From contig JAHLWS010000082.1 in NCBI GenBank assembly GCA_019057795.1, positions 64,001 through 128,000 of the forward strand: a stretch of 64,000 bases of DNA, in the 5' to 3' direction. Under the pieces are notes generated by a model. That model was not told the DNA's origin, did no database searches, and saw only the letters and a list, made by a program, of their open reading frames with translations. Shown piece by piece: positions 52,549 to 61,477 of this stretch. Every line of letters starts with the position of its first letter. The first letter of the stretch is position 1. Made by a program: the position numbers and the translations under genes. Source of the stretch: Promethearchaeota archaeon. GTDB taxonomy: Archaea > Asgardarchaeota > Lokiarchaeia > Sigyniarchaeales > SOKP01.

Positions 52549-52902
52549 TTAGTAGTTTTCGATATTGAATTTCTTTTTAGATTCTCTGCGGAAACCAGCA
52601 ATGTTTTTTAAATTTTCGCCTCTACCTGTTCCACCGATAACGCATTTCTCAAGCAAACGGTTCTCCCTATCAATAGTTTTTAAATCATCTAATAGGACTT
52701 CCCCCTTTGTATAAGGTTTTGCTTTGTTTTTGGAATAAATTTTGCTCCAATTAGACATCCACGGTACAGTACATTTCTCTGGAGTTAACAGATAATCGGA
52801 ATATGCCTTTGTCTTAGCTCCTGTTTTGGTTAAGGGCTCAGTTCCTGTATCCTTTCTGTATTTTTCTTGAGTTTTTTCTTTGGTCATTTTTTTCACTTCC
52901 AA
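52549..52902 (-). CDS. Hypothetical basic protein with a motif resembling the Rpo1N C-terminal mini-domain
   Basis: KYRKDTG...GAKTKAYSDY; likely start is the second Met after SD-like GGAAGTGA. Confidence 0.6.
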   Translation of the reverse strand: MEVKKMTKEKTQEKYRKDTGTEPLTKTGAKTKAYSDYLLTPEKCTVPWMSNWSKIYSKNKAKPYTKGEVLLDDLKTIDRENRLLEKCVIGGTGRGENLKNIAGFRRESKKKFNIENY

Positions 52903-53395
52903 TATTTTATTTTATTTGTTTTTTGATTTATCATTGTTCAATTACCTATTTAAGTCTTTCTATTCGCTTCCCAGCATTGAGGTTTCAATTTCAGAAAGGC
53001 AAAAAGAGAATTGAGAAAAGCTCTAAGAAGTATGAATATTCCCCGAAAACCAAAAATGATATTCTCAAAAATTTTTATCGGGATGTATGGAAAACCACTA
53101 AGGCAAGAATTAAAAATCGTAGCAATTTAATAGATTTCTGATATAATCTATATAGGTTGTTCAAAACGCTTTTTCAGTATTATTACTAAAAGTTTAAATG
53201 GGTGAAAAACTATCGTTTAAATATGGTTGAAAGCGTTGAAAAATCGGTTTCTGAACGGTTGGAAAATTGAAAAACAACCAATAAAAGTAAAAGGTGTGAA
53301 AATTGCACTTATTACCTTGTTATCAAAACCGACTAAAAAACTTTTTTACAACTAAAAAAACGCAATAAAAAACCCATAAAATAAAGGAATTAAAA

Positions 53396-54259
53396 ATGTT
53401 AAATGAAAATCAAATAAATAAGATTAGAGAAATGCGGGAAAAAGGCTTAACTATTAAGGAAACGGCAAACGCACTTGAAGTTTCAGAATCAAGCGTTAAA
53501 AAATACACTTCAGAAGACTACGAAAAAGATAACGAACTTGATGAGAAAACGGGAAATTCGTTAACGAAACAATTTGATTTAGAAGAATACGATTTTCAAG
53601 ACGACATAGCTCCGTTGGTTTACAAACTAAAAGACCAAGCAAACGAAATAAATGTTACTCTTCACGATTACCTAACCGATATAAGCAATACCATGAACAA
53701 ATTCCTAAGAATAACAAGTAAACCACAATGGTTTTATTATGTGTTTTGCGAATTAGCCAATAGTTTTTCTCTAATAAACGAACACATAGACGCAACAAAA
53801 TTTATGGAAGCCGTTGATAATTGGTATGAAAGGGAAATAGATATGGAAGAGAGCGAGAAGTTTATTATTGATATTGAAACAAAAGCAGAAAAATTAGTTA
53901 AAAACGCTAAAGAAGAATATAATATTTGGCAAGAAAAAATCGACAATGCCCAAAAAGAATACGAAAAAATAACCTCTCTCCATACTGTTATGATAAATAA
54001 TCTATTAGAGAAACCAAATTTAGAGAAACTACAAAAAACAGAAAAGAAGTTAATAGATGCGGAAAATAGACTAAAAGAATTAGAATTATCAAAATTGATT
54101 TTGATAGAAAAATGTAAAATACTCGAACAATCCGATAAAGATAACAAGATTGCCAAAAAAGAAAATATATTGTTAAAAAAAGCGTTTAAAAAACTTAATA
54201 AACTTTTCCCTCAAGAAATAACCGTTATAATCCAAGAGATTGAAAATGAAATCCAATAA
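53396..54259 (+). CDS. HTH + coiled-coil protein
   Basis: IREMREKGLTIKETANALEVSESSVKKY HTH; K/E-rich heptads in the C-half. Confidence 0.78.
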   Translation: MLNENQINKIREMREKGLTIKETANALEVSESSVKKYTSEDYEKDNELDEKTGNSLTKQFDLEEYDFQDDIAPLVYKLKDQANEINVTLHDYLTDISNTMNKFLRITSKPQWFYYVFCELANSFSLINEHIDATKFMEAVDNWYEREIDMEESEKFIIDIETKAEKLVKNAKEEYNIWQEKIDNAQKEYEKITSLHTVMINNLLEKPNLEKLQKTEKKLIDAENRLKELELSKLILIEKCKILEQSDKDNKIAKKENILLKKAFKKLNKLFPQEITVIIQEIENEIQ

Positions 54260-54545
54260 TCGTAACGAAAGGAAAAAATTTGTGTTGTCTATCATGAGTT
54301 ATATGGTACATCCATATACTGCAAAAGAGATACACGAATTATGCTCCGTGTCGTTAGGTTCGATATGTTCATCCCTAAAAAGATATTGTTCTCAGGGTTT
54401 ACTAAAAAGAAAAAAAAATAATGCCAAAATATTTGAGTATAATATCACACAAAAAGGAATTGAAAGGTTAGAGTACTTAATGGGGAGTTTAAGTATTAAA
54501 GAGCAAATCCAGTTGTTAGTTCGAGAGAAAATTAGATTGTTATAA
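54240..54545 (+). CDS. Winged-helix (PadR/MarR-like) protein
   Basis: TAKEI...SLKRYCSQGLLKR...YNITQKGIERLEY. Confidence 0.75.
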   Translation: MKMKSNNRNERKKFVLSIMSYMVHPYTAKEIHELCSVSLGSICSSLKRYCSQGLLKRKKNNAKIFEYNITQKGIERLEYLMGSLSIKEQIQLLVREKIRLL

Positions 54546-54898
54546 CACGCTTATTGCGGAAGAGAAAGGGTTTTATGGTCAATTTTTCCCTTTCTCTATT
54601 CTCGGTATTTCTAATTTCTATAAAATATGCTTTAAATGAATATTCTTAAATAGTTTTATTCACAATTATTATTTGGATTTGGCATTGACAAAATAATCTT
54701 TAAGCCTTTTTTTTCGCCTTAAGGAAGCTCGAAAATTCAATTGTGTTGAACTCCTTCTCTAAAATCGAGCTTCCTAAATTTTTTTCTTTTCATTATTAAT
54801 GTTAATCTATTAAACTTTTCGCTAATTCCTCTCTTCGATTTTTATCGATTTAGTAGAAAAACGCTTAAATAGTTAAAAAACTATTCTAATTCAACACA

Positions 54899-56065
54899 AT
54901 TGAAAAAAGTGAAGAATCTATTATTCTAAATACCGACAATAATATAATAAAGAGTAATAAAGAGAAATTAGTAAAAATTTTAAAACATCCACCAAGAAAG
55001 TTTCTCTCAATTAAGGAGATAGTAGAAAAAACTGAAATTAACATTAAAAACATCGGAAAATATCTTAAAATCTTAGAAAATGAAGATAAAATAACAATAA
55101 AACACGGAATAACTGATAAACGGAAAAAGCTAATTAAATTTAAACCAAAAAGGGTTCTCTACTTCTTTAAATTTGGAAATAAATACCTACACCATACTCG
55201 CACGAAGCTCAAAAAAGAAGATTTTAAACTTTTGAATATAATAAATGCGAAAGAACCTCAAGATTTAAACCTCCCTAATGATATAGTCAGAATTATAATT
55301 TCCGTATGGGAAAATCAAGAAAAGATTATTGAAGCGGATTTAGTTAATTTTGAAATAGGATTAGGCGGAACTCCGTCCAGAAAGAGAAGTACAATGTGGA
55401 GACCAGAGTTCTTTAATCTTTTCAGTAAACATGCGTTAGAAAAACTTAAATCAAAATATACCATTCACATCTATTCGTTAAAAGAAATCAAATATATGAG
55501 AAATAAAAAAAAATTCCAAAATAAAGCGTATAGACACATCTTTCACGATAAAGAATGGGTTAATTTACTCATAAAAAAAGAAAAGCGTGAAAGATATATC
55601 CCTACTCCGTTTATCTACTACGATTATTTTATATTACGAGTAAATGATATATTACGAATTGAAAATAATGTTATTATTGAACATGAGGGAGAAGAAAACC
55701 AAACAAGGATACCAACAACACGAACGCTTAATATGTCCGTAAAAGCGTTCGAATATTATCATTATATCTATAATTTCATTAGTTTTCACACTACTATTTA
55801 TACTCAAAATGAGCGTGAACCAAATAAAGAACTTATGAGAGAAATGGATATAGTTGTCATGACAAAGGAAATGAATAGAATAGATGATTATTTAGGAATG
55901 CCCACACTCCCAAATTATGAGGACTACATTGACATAATAATTAGTCGTAAGCAAATAATTCCAAAAATTTTATTCGCCCCCCCGCCAAACAATACTACAA
56001 CCCACTCTAATAACATTTTTAAAAAAAAAAGTACTTTCTATTACCCCCATATAAGTATACTATAA
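54899..56065 (+). CDS. wHTH-containing protein, possible replication/regulatory protein (extended from ORF 55232-56065)
   Basis: Frame is open from 54890; the added segment LSIKEIVEKTEINIKNIGKYLKILENEDKI is a wHTH; only ATT/ATA codons are available as starts. Confidence 0.6.
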   Translation: MEKSEESIILNTDNNIIKSNKEKLVKILKHPPRKFLSIKEIVEKTEINIKNIGKYLKILENEDKITIKHGITDKRKKLIKFKPKRVLYFFKFGNKYLHHTRTKLKKEDFKLLNIINAKEPQDLNLPNDIVRIIISVWENQEKIIEADLVNFEIGLGGTPSRKRSTMWRPEFFNLFSKHALEKLKSKYTIHIYSLKEIKYMRNKKKFQNKAYRHIFHDKEWVNLLIKKEKRERYIPTPFIYYDYFILRVNDILRIENNVIIEHEGEENQTRIPTTRTLNMSVKAFEYYHYIYNFISFHTTIYTQNEREPNKELMREMDIVVMTKEMNRIDDYLGMPTLPNYEDYIDIIISRKQIIPKILFAPPPNNTTTHSNNIFKKKSTFYYPHISIL

Positions 56066-56098
56066 TTATATGCTAGGTATCAAAAGTACTTTTTTTTT
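56022..56098. repeat. 16 bp inverted repeat A9GTACTTT / AAAGTACT9 spanning the gene end
   Basis: Arms at 56022-56037 and 56083-56098. Confidence 0.75.
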
Positions 56099-56522
56099 CC
56101 TTAAATCTCTTTAAATAAGAGTTTCAAACGCTCTTCTCATATCCGACCTTTTTGTCAAACTCTCAAAAGCCTACGACTATTTCTCCTCTCGTTCCAATTA
56201 CGATAGAAGCCATCTATTCAAGCTCTTAAAAATCAGCGATTAGAACTTCTCTATTCTTAATTTATAACGATTCTAATTTTTAATTTATCTCAAGAGTAAA
56301 ATAATAAGTCTAATTTAATGTTTTAAACAATTGTTTAAAAACGGTTTTTTTTGTTTAAACCTTTGACAAAAAAAGAATAAAAAAATTATTTTAATTTGAG
56401 TTTTTTTATAGCTTCTAATATCTTATCTAATTTCCCTGTAATATGATGAAGATATTCAATCTGTATTACTTGTAATATATTATCATCTAAATCTCCTTTA
56501 GTGAGAATATTTGTGTGTTTTT

Positions 56523-56771
56523 TTAAATAATCTCAATTTCTCTCAGCTCTTCGTATATTTTATCCATCCATATTTTTTGTATTTTTCTTCTTTTTAAATC
56601 TTTTTTTTCTTCTTCTAAAATATTTCTTAATTTATAAGGAGCTTGGTTGAAATATAAGATTAAATATCTAATTAATTTAGATTTATTTATTTTATTATTA
56701 TCGCTAAATATTTTTAACATTCTATCAGTTTCTTCATCCAAACTTAAAGTTACTCTAACAAATTTTTTCAT
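56523..56771 (-). CDS. Ribbon-helix-helix (CopG-like) protein
   Basis: VRVTLSLDEETDRML......INKSKLIRYLI. Confidence 0.82.
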   Translation of the reverse strand: MKKFVRVTLSLDEETDRMLKIFSDNNKINKSKLIRYLILYFNQAPYKLRNILEEEKKDLKRRKIQKIWMDKIYEELREIEII

Positions 56772-57020
56772 TTATTTTTCCTCTATTATTTTATTTATAT
56801 TATATTTAATTAAATATAAGAATGTTTCATAGCTATAAATAGTTGATTAAACTGATTATATATTTATATATTTATATAATTATATAATTATATAACTTTT
56901 CAGTTAATAGATTTAATTCGATTATATTATTGAAAGTTCTTATAGATATTATATTTTTTAAATAAATATAAAACAAAAATAAGAAATAAAAAAAATTATT
57001 TATTATTACATCTTCCGTTC

Positions 57021-57218
57021 TTAAAAAGTAGTGGCAGGAAGTTGTCCATCTATTTGAAGTGATTTAGCCATCGAAAGTAATACATCCATTAATACATAAT
57101 TCTGAGTTGTTATTTGTTTTAAAACATCTAAAATATTTATAATATCAGCAGATTTAGTATTCTTTTTATGATGTTTAATTAAATCTAATGCTTGATAATA
57201 AAATTCTTTATTATCCAT
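57021..57218 (-). CDS. Small hypothetical protein
   Basis: 65 aa ORF with TATA-like TTTATAAA upstream. Confidence 0.5.
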   Translation of the reverse strand: MDNKEFYYQALDLIKHHKKNTKSADIINILDVLKQITTQNYVLMDVLLSMAKSLQIDGQLPATTF

Positions 57219-57372
57219 AATAATAAAATTAATTCTATGAGCTTTATAAATATATCAAAATTAACAAAATAAGAAAAGAAATAATTATTTCAATATGAAT
57301 TAAATGGTTCAATTTGTATAGATTGATTCAAACATTTAACCTTAAATACTATTTGTTGTAATAATTATTAAT

Positions 57373-57498
57373 ATGTCAATTGAAAAAGAGAATGCAGAAA
57401 ATTCTGAAATTCTTAAATCATTGATTTTAAGTTATGAGAATATGGAATCTAAATTACTTAGTATCAATGAAGAAATTAAAAAATTAGAAGTGGATTAA
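57373..57498 (+). CDS. Small acidic coiled-coil peptide (41 aa)
   Basis: MSIEKENAENSEILKSLILSYENMESKLLSINEEIKKLEVD; below the ORF-track cutoff. Confidence 0.35.
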   Translation: MSIEKENAENSEILKSLILSYENMESKLLSINEEIKKLEVD

Positions 57499-57507
57499 AA
57501 AAAAAGA

Positions 57508-57678
57508 TTATAATTGAATATCTTGATATGGAAACCATTTATCAAATAATTCAATATATTGTTTATAATTCATCTTTACATAGGATTCCACATTAACATC
57601 TTTAACCTTATGATTTAAAAGAATTTTTCGATCTTCTACTGGGCATCCCATTAATTGTCTGAAAGTATTTAATGTTCT
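57508..57678 (-). pseudogene. Relic 3' end of a second tyrosine integrase
   Basis: RTLNTFRQLMGCPVEDRKILLNHKVKDVNVESYVKMNYKQYIELFDKWFPYQDIQL* differs at 8 of 56 aa from the C-terminus of 60000-60914. Confidence 0.93.
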
Positions 57679-57970
57679 CTTTTAATCTCATCACCTAATA
57701 ACGTGGAATTTTTTTTTGGAATATCAGTAATCTCTTTCTCAATTGGAAATCATCATAAAGATTCTATCCATTATTGAAAAATGCTGTAATATTTAACAAA
57801 TTAGCTTTTAGGAAAAAAGATATTAAATAGAAATATATATTAATTATAGATAAACATTAATCAAAAATTTTTAAAATTAAGAGATTAAAATTACTTTTTA
57901 AAATATCAAATTATATATGTTTTTAAATAATTATATTTAAAAAATCAATAAAATATCATAAAGAATAGAA

Positions 57971-58708
57971 ATGATTGATTATAATGAAGTTTTCGATAAT
58001 CCATTATTAGTAGAAGTAGTTATTGAAGCTAGATTTCCTCTTTTATTAAAGATTCCTAGAGACATTGCAGATTTTCAAGAAGCTATTAGTGAAGAATTTC
58101 CTGAAACAAATATAATTTATGATAAAAAAATATTTTTTGATTCAAAAGAAGGTTCAGAAGAAATTAGTGAAAAAGCATGGGAATTCGTAAATCCTGAAAA
58201 TAAGACAAAATGCCAAGTTTTTAATCATAGATTCTCTCTATTTTCTAATACATATAAATCATGGGAAGGATATGAATCAAAAGAGGGATTTCTTGATATT
58301 TTAAAATTTAGTTTGAATAATTTTATAAAAGTATATGGTATCAAAAAATTCAACCGTTTAGGTTTAAGATATATTAACAAAATTGAATTAGAAGAAAAAA
58401 ATTCTAAGTGGTTTAAGAAATATTTCATTCCTTTATTTAATCACGATAAATATAGGATTGAAGATCTTTCTCAGAATTCAGTGCGTTTAAGAGTAAAAAA
58501 ACCGAATTCAGCAGAATTAACAATAATGAGTGGTTTTTTAAAACAAGATAATAAAGATTATTATATGTTAGATTTTGATGCTTATTCTCTTAATATTTTA
58601 CAAGAAAATCTATATGAAACTCTTGAAAAATTACATGAGACTATATTAAAAGAATTCCATTCACTAATAACAGGAGATTGTAGAAAAAAAATGAGAGGTG
58701 AAATTTAA
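57971..58708 (+). CDS. TIGR04255-family protein
   Basis: PLLVEVVIEARF, YKSWE..F, RLGLRYINKI, LDFDAY, LHE....FHSLIT pattern. Confidence 0.85.
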   Translation: MIDYNEVFDNPLLVEVVIEARFPLLLKIPRDIADFQEAISEEFPETNIIYDKKIFFDSKEGSEEISEKAWEFVNPENKTKCQVFNHRFSLFSNTYKSWEGYESKEGFLDILKFSLNNFIKVYGIKKFNRLGLRYINKIELEEKNSKWFKKYFIPLFNHDKYRIEDLSQNSVRLRVKKPNSAELTIMSGFLKQDNKDYYMLDFDAYSLNILQENLYETLEKLHETILKEFHSLITGDCRKKMRGEI

Positions 58709-59343
58709 TTTTAAAGACAATACATACAAGAAGAATAATTAAACCATCTGCCGAGAAGGGAATTACTGGACAAAAAGATATTCCTGAATGGGCTGATGTT
58801 ACTAAACTGTTAAAAAGAAGAGAGACTAAAAGTGAAGCGTGGCATGTTTCTTCATATAAAACTATTGCTTCATTAGGGGATATTAAATCTGCGGGATTTT
58901 CTATAGAGGTTTTCCCTGAAGAGAGTGCTTATGTCAGATTGACTCATATTATTAGACCATCTAAATCTCAAGAATTTGAAGGATCTACTCCTGAATTTGA
59001 GCCTTTTCCAGTTATAGATTTATCAGATACTGAATATGTTTGGATAGACATAGAAGAAGCCGATTTTTTTAATGAAATTGATTTTTTAAATCATCAATTA
59101 TATGAAAAAGAGGAAATTATAAAAGATCTTGAAATTCAAGTCAAAGTATATAAAAATAAATTAAAGAGATATAAAAGAAAAATCCCCAAATTTGAAAAAT
59201 TGAATCGAATAATTAAAATTAAAAATAAAATTATATCTAAGCTTGAGAAAGATATTATTGTTTATAAGGAGAATATAGATCGGTTTACTATAGACTTTTC
59301 CTTACCAGAAGGTTATTATGGTAATGAAGAGTTTAATGAATAA
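58708..59343 (+). CDS. Hypothetical protein with C-terminal coiled coil (extended from ORF 58939-59343)
   Basis: Frame is open from 58702; SD GAGGTGA lies 6 nt before ATT at 58708, which overlaps the upstream TAA. Confidence 0.6.
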   Translation: MLKTIHTRRIIKPSAEKGITGQKDIPEWADVTKLLKRRETKSEAWHVSSYKTIASLGDIKSAGFSIEVFPEESAYVRLTHIIRPSKSQEFEGSTPEFEPFPVIDLSDTEYVWIDIEEADFFNEIDFLNHQLYEKEEIIKDLEIQVKVYKNKLKRYKRKIPKFEKLNRIIKIKNKIISKLEKDIIVYKENIDRFTIDFSLPEGYYGNEEFNE

Positions 59344-59357
59344 TAGGCGAAATTTGT

Positions 59358-59996
59358 ATGGATTTAATAAAAAGTACTCCATTTCCAGATATATTTTGTG
59401 AACCAGAAAAGAAGAATCATATTTTTCAAGGAGATATAATAAAATATACAAATTATATAAATACAAAACAAGAAAATCTAGGATTTATAATTTTATCAAA
59501 TTCCTGTGATTTAGAAAATTTAAAAAATAAAACAATAATATCTATTGCCCCAATATTTCCTTTTAATTTTGTTTTTGACGATATGCTCAGTGAAGCGTTT
59601 AATAGAACTAAAAAGAAAGTGGAAACATTAAAATCTTCTAAGGAAGTAATAGAACACTTTACAAATTTAGTTAGTCAATATATTTATGATGAATCAAATT
59701 ATAAGAAAAAGTATACATTTCTTATTTCTCCTTTATCTAAATTCGAAAATAATCCAACAATTGCTCATATAGAACATATAACCTCAATAAAAATAACAGA
59801 ATTGAAAATAATTCTTCAAAATAGAATAATATCAATTAAACCACCATGGAGAGAAAAATTGGCATTCAAAACAGGATATATATATAATAGAATCGCAACA
59901 TATACCCCTAAATTCAAAGATATAAAGAAATGGTGGATTTCTACATATAATGAAATTTTTGAAATTAAGAAAAAGGAATTGAAAAAATTCATATAA
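59358..59996 (+). CDS. QGD...SxxCD-motif protein, putative MazF/PemK-like fold effector
   Basis: FQGDII, IILSNSCDL, ISIAPI, RIISIKPPWREKL......YNRIA. Confidence 0.5.
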   Translation: MDLIKSTPFPDIFCEPEKKNHIFQGDIIKYTNYINTKQENLGFIILSNSCDLENLKNKTIISIAPIFPFNFVFDDMLSEAFNRTKKKVETLKSSKEVIEHFTNLVSQYIYDESNYKKKYTFLISPLSKFENNPTIAHIEHITSIKITELKIILQNRIISIKPPWREKLAFKTGYIYNRIATYTPKFKDIKKWWISTYNEIFEIKKKELKKFI

Positions 59997-59999
59997 AAT

Positions 60000-60914
60000 T
60001 CAGAGGTTTATATCTTGGTATGGATACCACCTATCATATAACTCTATAAATTGCTTATAATTCAACTTCACATAAGATTCTACATTTACATCTTTAACCT
60101 TATGGTTTAGCAGTATTTTTCGGTCTTCATTTGGACAACCCATTAATTTTCTGAAAGTATTTAATGTTCTCCTGAATGTATGACATGTAATTGTTTTCTT
60201 TATTTCTAAATCATCTAAAACATGCTTTAAATAAGCATTAAACTGTCTTTCTGTATATCTCTTAGATTGAGTTGATAAAAATAACGCTTTTGTTTTAACA
60301 TTTTTTAATTTGCGTTCTTTAAGATAAAGTTTTAGAAATTTAGCTAACTCTTTAGAAATATAATATACCTTTTTTCCTGTTTTACCCATTGTTTTAATAA
60401 ATCTCTTTTCCAAATTTATTTCATTGTAATCAATATTTATTAATTCTCCTTTTCGCATTCCTGTTTCAGAAAAAATCCTAAATATGAGATAATATTTGAA
60501 ATGTCGTAATTTTAAATAATCTAAAATATCTTTTACTTCCTCTTTAGTCATTACAATATCTTTATTTGTTTCAGGTTCTTTATGATTAATCCCATTCCAA
60601 TTAATTGAATGTTTAGGTATAATGACAATAAATTTATATTTTCTATAATATTCCATGCAAAAGTTAAGAAAGCTAATTATTAATGTCCATTTTGTCTTTT
60701 TTGTTCCTAAGCTGATTGTTTCAAGATGTTTTAAATAATCAAAATAATCTATAAGAATATCTGTATTAATATCAAAGATATGTCCTTTATGACCAAAATA
60801 TTTAGGATTAAAAAAATAGTTTAATGATGATTTTCTTGTTTTAACTGATTGATTAGAATGTCTATAATGATTAAGATATTTGCTTATTATTGTATTATTC
60901 ATAGGTTTATTCAT
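60000..60914 (-). CDS. Tyrosine recombinase/integrase (Xer-like)
   Basis: Catalytic set: TGMRKGEL (R), GKTG (K), HTFRR (HxxR), LLNH (H), ESY (Y). Confidence 0.95.
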   Translation of the reverse strand: MNKPMNNTIISKYLNHYRHSNQSVKTRKSSLNYFFNPKYFGHKGHIFDINTDILIDYFDYLKHLETISLGTKKTKWTLIISFLNFCMEYYRKYKFIVIIPKHSINWNGINHKEPETNKDIVMTKEEVKDILDYLKLRHFKYYLIFRIFSETGMRKGELINIDYNEINLEKRFIKTMGKTGKKVYYISKELAKFLKLYLKERKLKNVKTKALFLSTQSKRYTERQFNAYLKHVLDDLEIKKTITCHTFRRTLNTFRKLMGCPNEDRKILLNHKVKDVNVESYVKLNYKQFIELYDRWYPYQDINL

Positions 60915-61411
60915 TTCAGTTTATACCTCCCTCTTGGTGTCAGTTCAATTAATCCTTCTTCATGTAATTCAGTAATTATAGAAAATACAATTTCTTTATC
61001 CAAATTAGTTTTTTCAATTATTTCTTTTGGGTTTAATGTATTATGAGCTTTCAATAAATTAATTATAGTATCTTTTGCTGTAGAATCTGCTTTTATTGAG
61101 AATTTCTTAATCAATCTTAAAGTATTATTCATTTCGTTAATCTTATTTGTTCTTTCTAAGGTTAATTCTTGTAATTCCATAATCTTTTTAGTATTCTGAG
61201 TTAATTGTTCTAATATTACAGGATTAAACTGAAAATTTGATGTAGTTTGAAATAATTCGGGGTTCTCTAATTTCCGAACATAATCAAAGATAGCTATGCG
61301 ACAAAAATCAGACATACTAGTATGCTTTTCTTTAGCTAAATCGTTGATTTTATCTTTCTCATCCTGACTCAGAGAAATCTGAATAAAAATTCTTTTATTT
61401 CCATTTGACAT
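60911..61411 (-). CDS. RHH + wHTH regulator, translationally coupled to the integrase
   Basis: IQISLSQDEKDKI..LA......MSDFCR (RHH); LNPKEIIEKT...ELHEEGLIELTPRGRY (wHTH); ATGA overlap. Confidence 0.8.
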   Translation of the reverse strand: MSNGNKRIFIQISLSQDEKDKINDLAKEKHTSMSDFCRIAIFDYVRKLENPELFQTTSNFQFNPVILEQLTQNTKKIMELQELTLERTNKINEMNNTLRLIKKFSIKADSTAKDTIINLLKAHNTLNPKEIIEKTNLDKEIVFSIITELHEEGLIELTPRGRYKLK

Positions 61412-61477
61412 TTTTTTTAAACTCTAAAATTAATTTTTATTATAATAATAGCAACACACTCATATAAATGTTATGAA

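Noticed and set aside
52923-53141. 72 aa ORF and other short ORF-track entries (e.g. 541-747, 4256-4498, 10761-11132, 24861-25049, 30652-30930, 53737-54156, 56647-56832)
   Set aside because: Most are shadow ORFs overlapping well-supported genes, and none shows a motif or start signal
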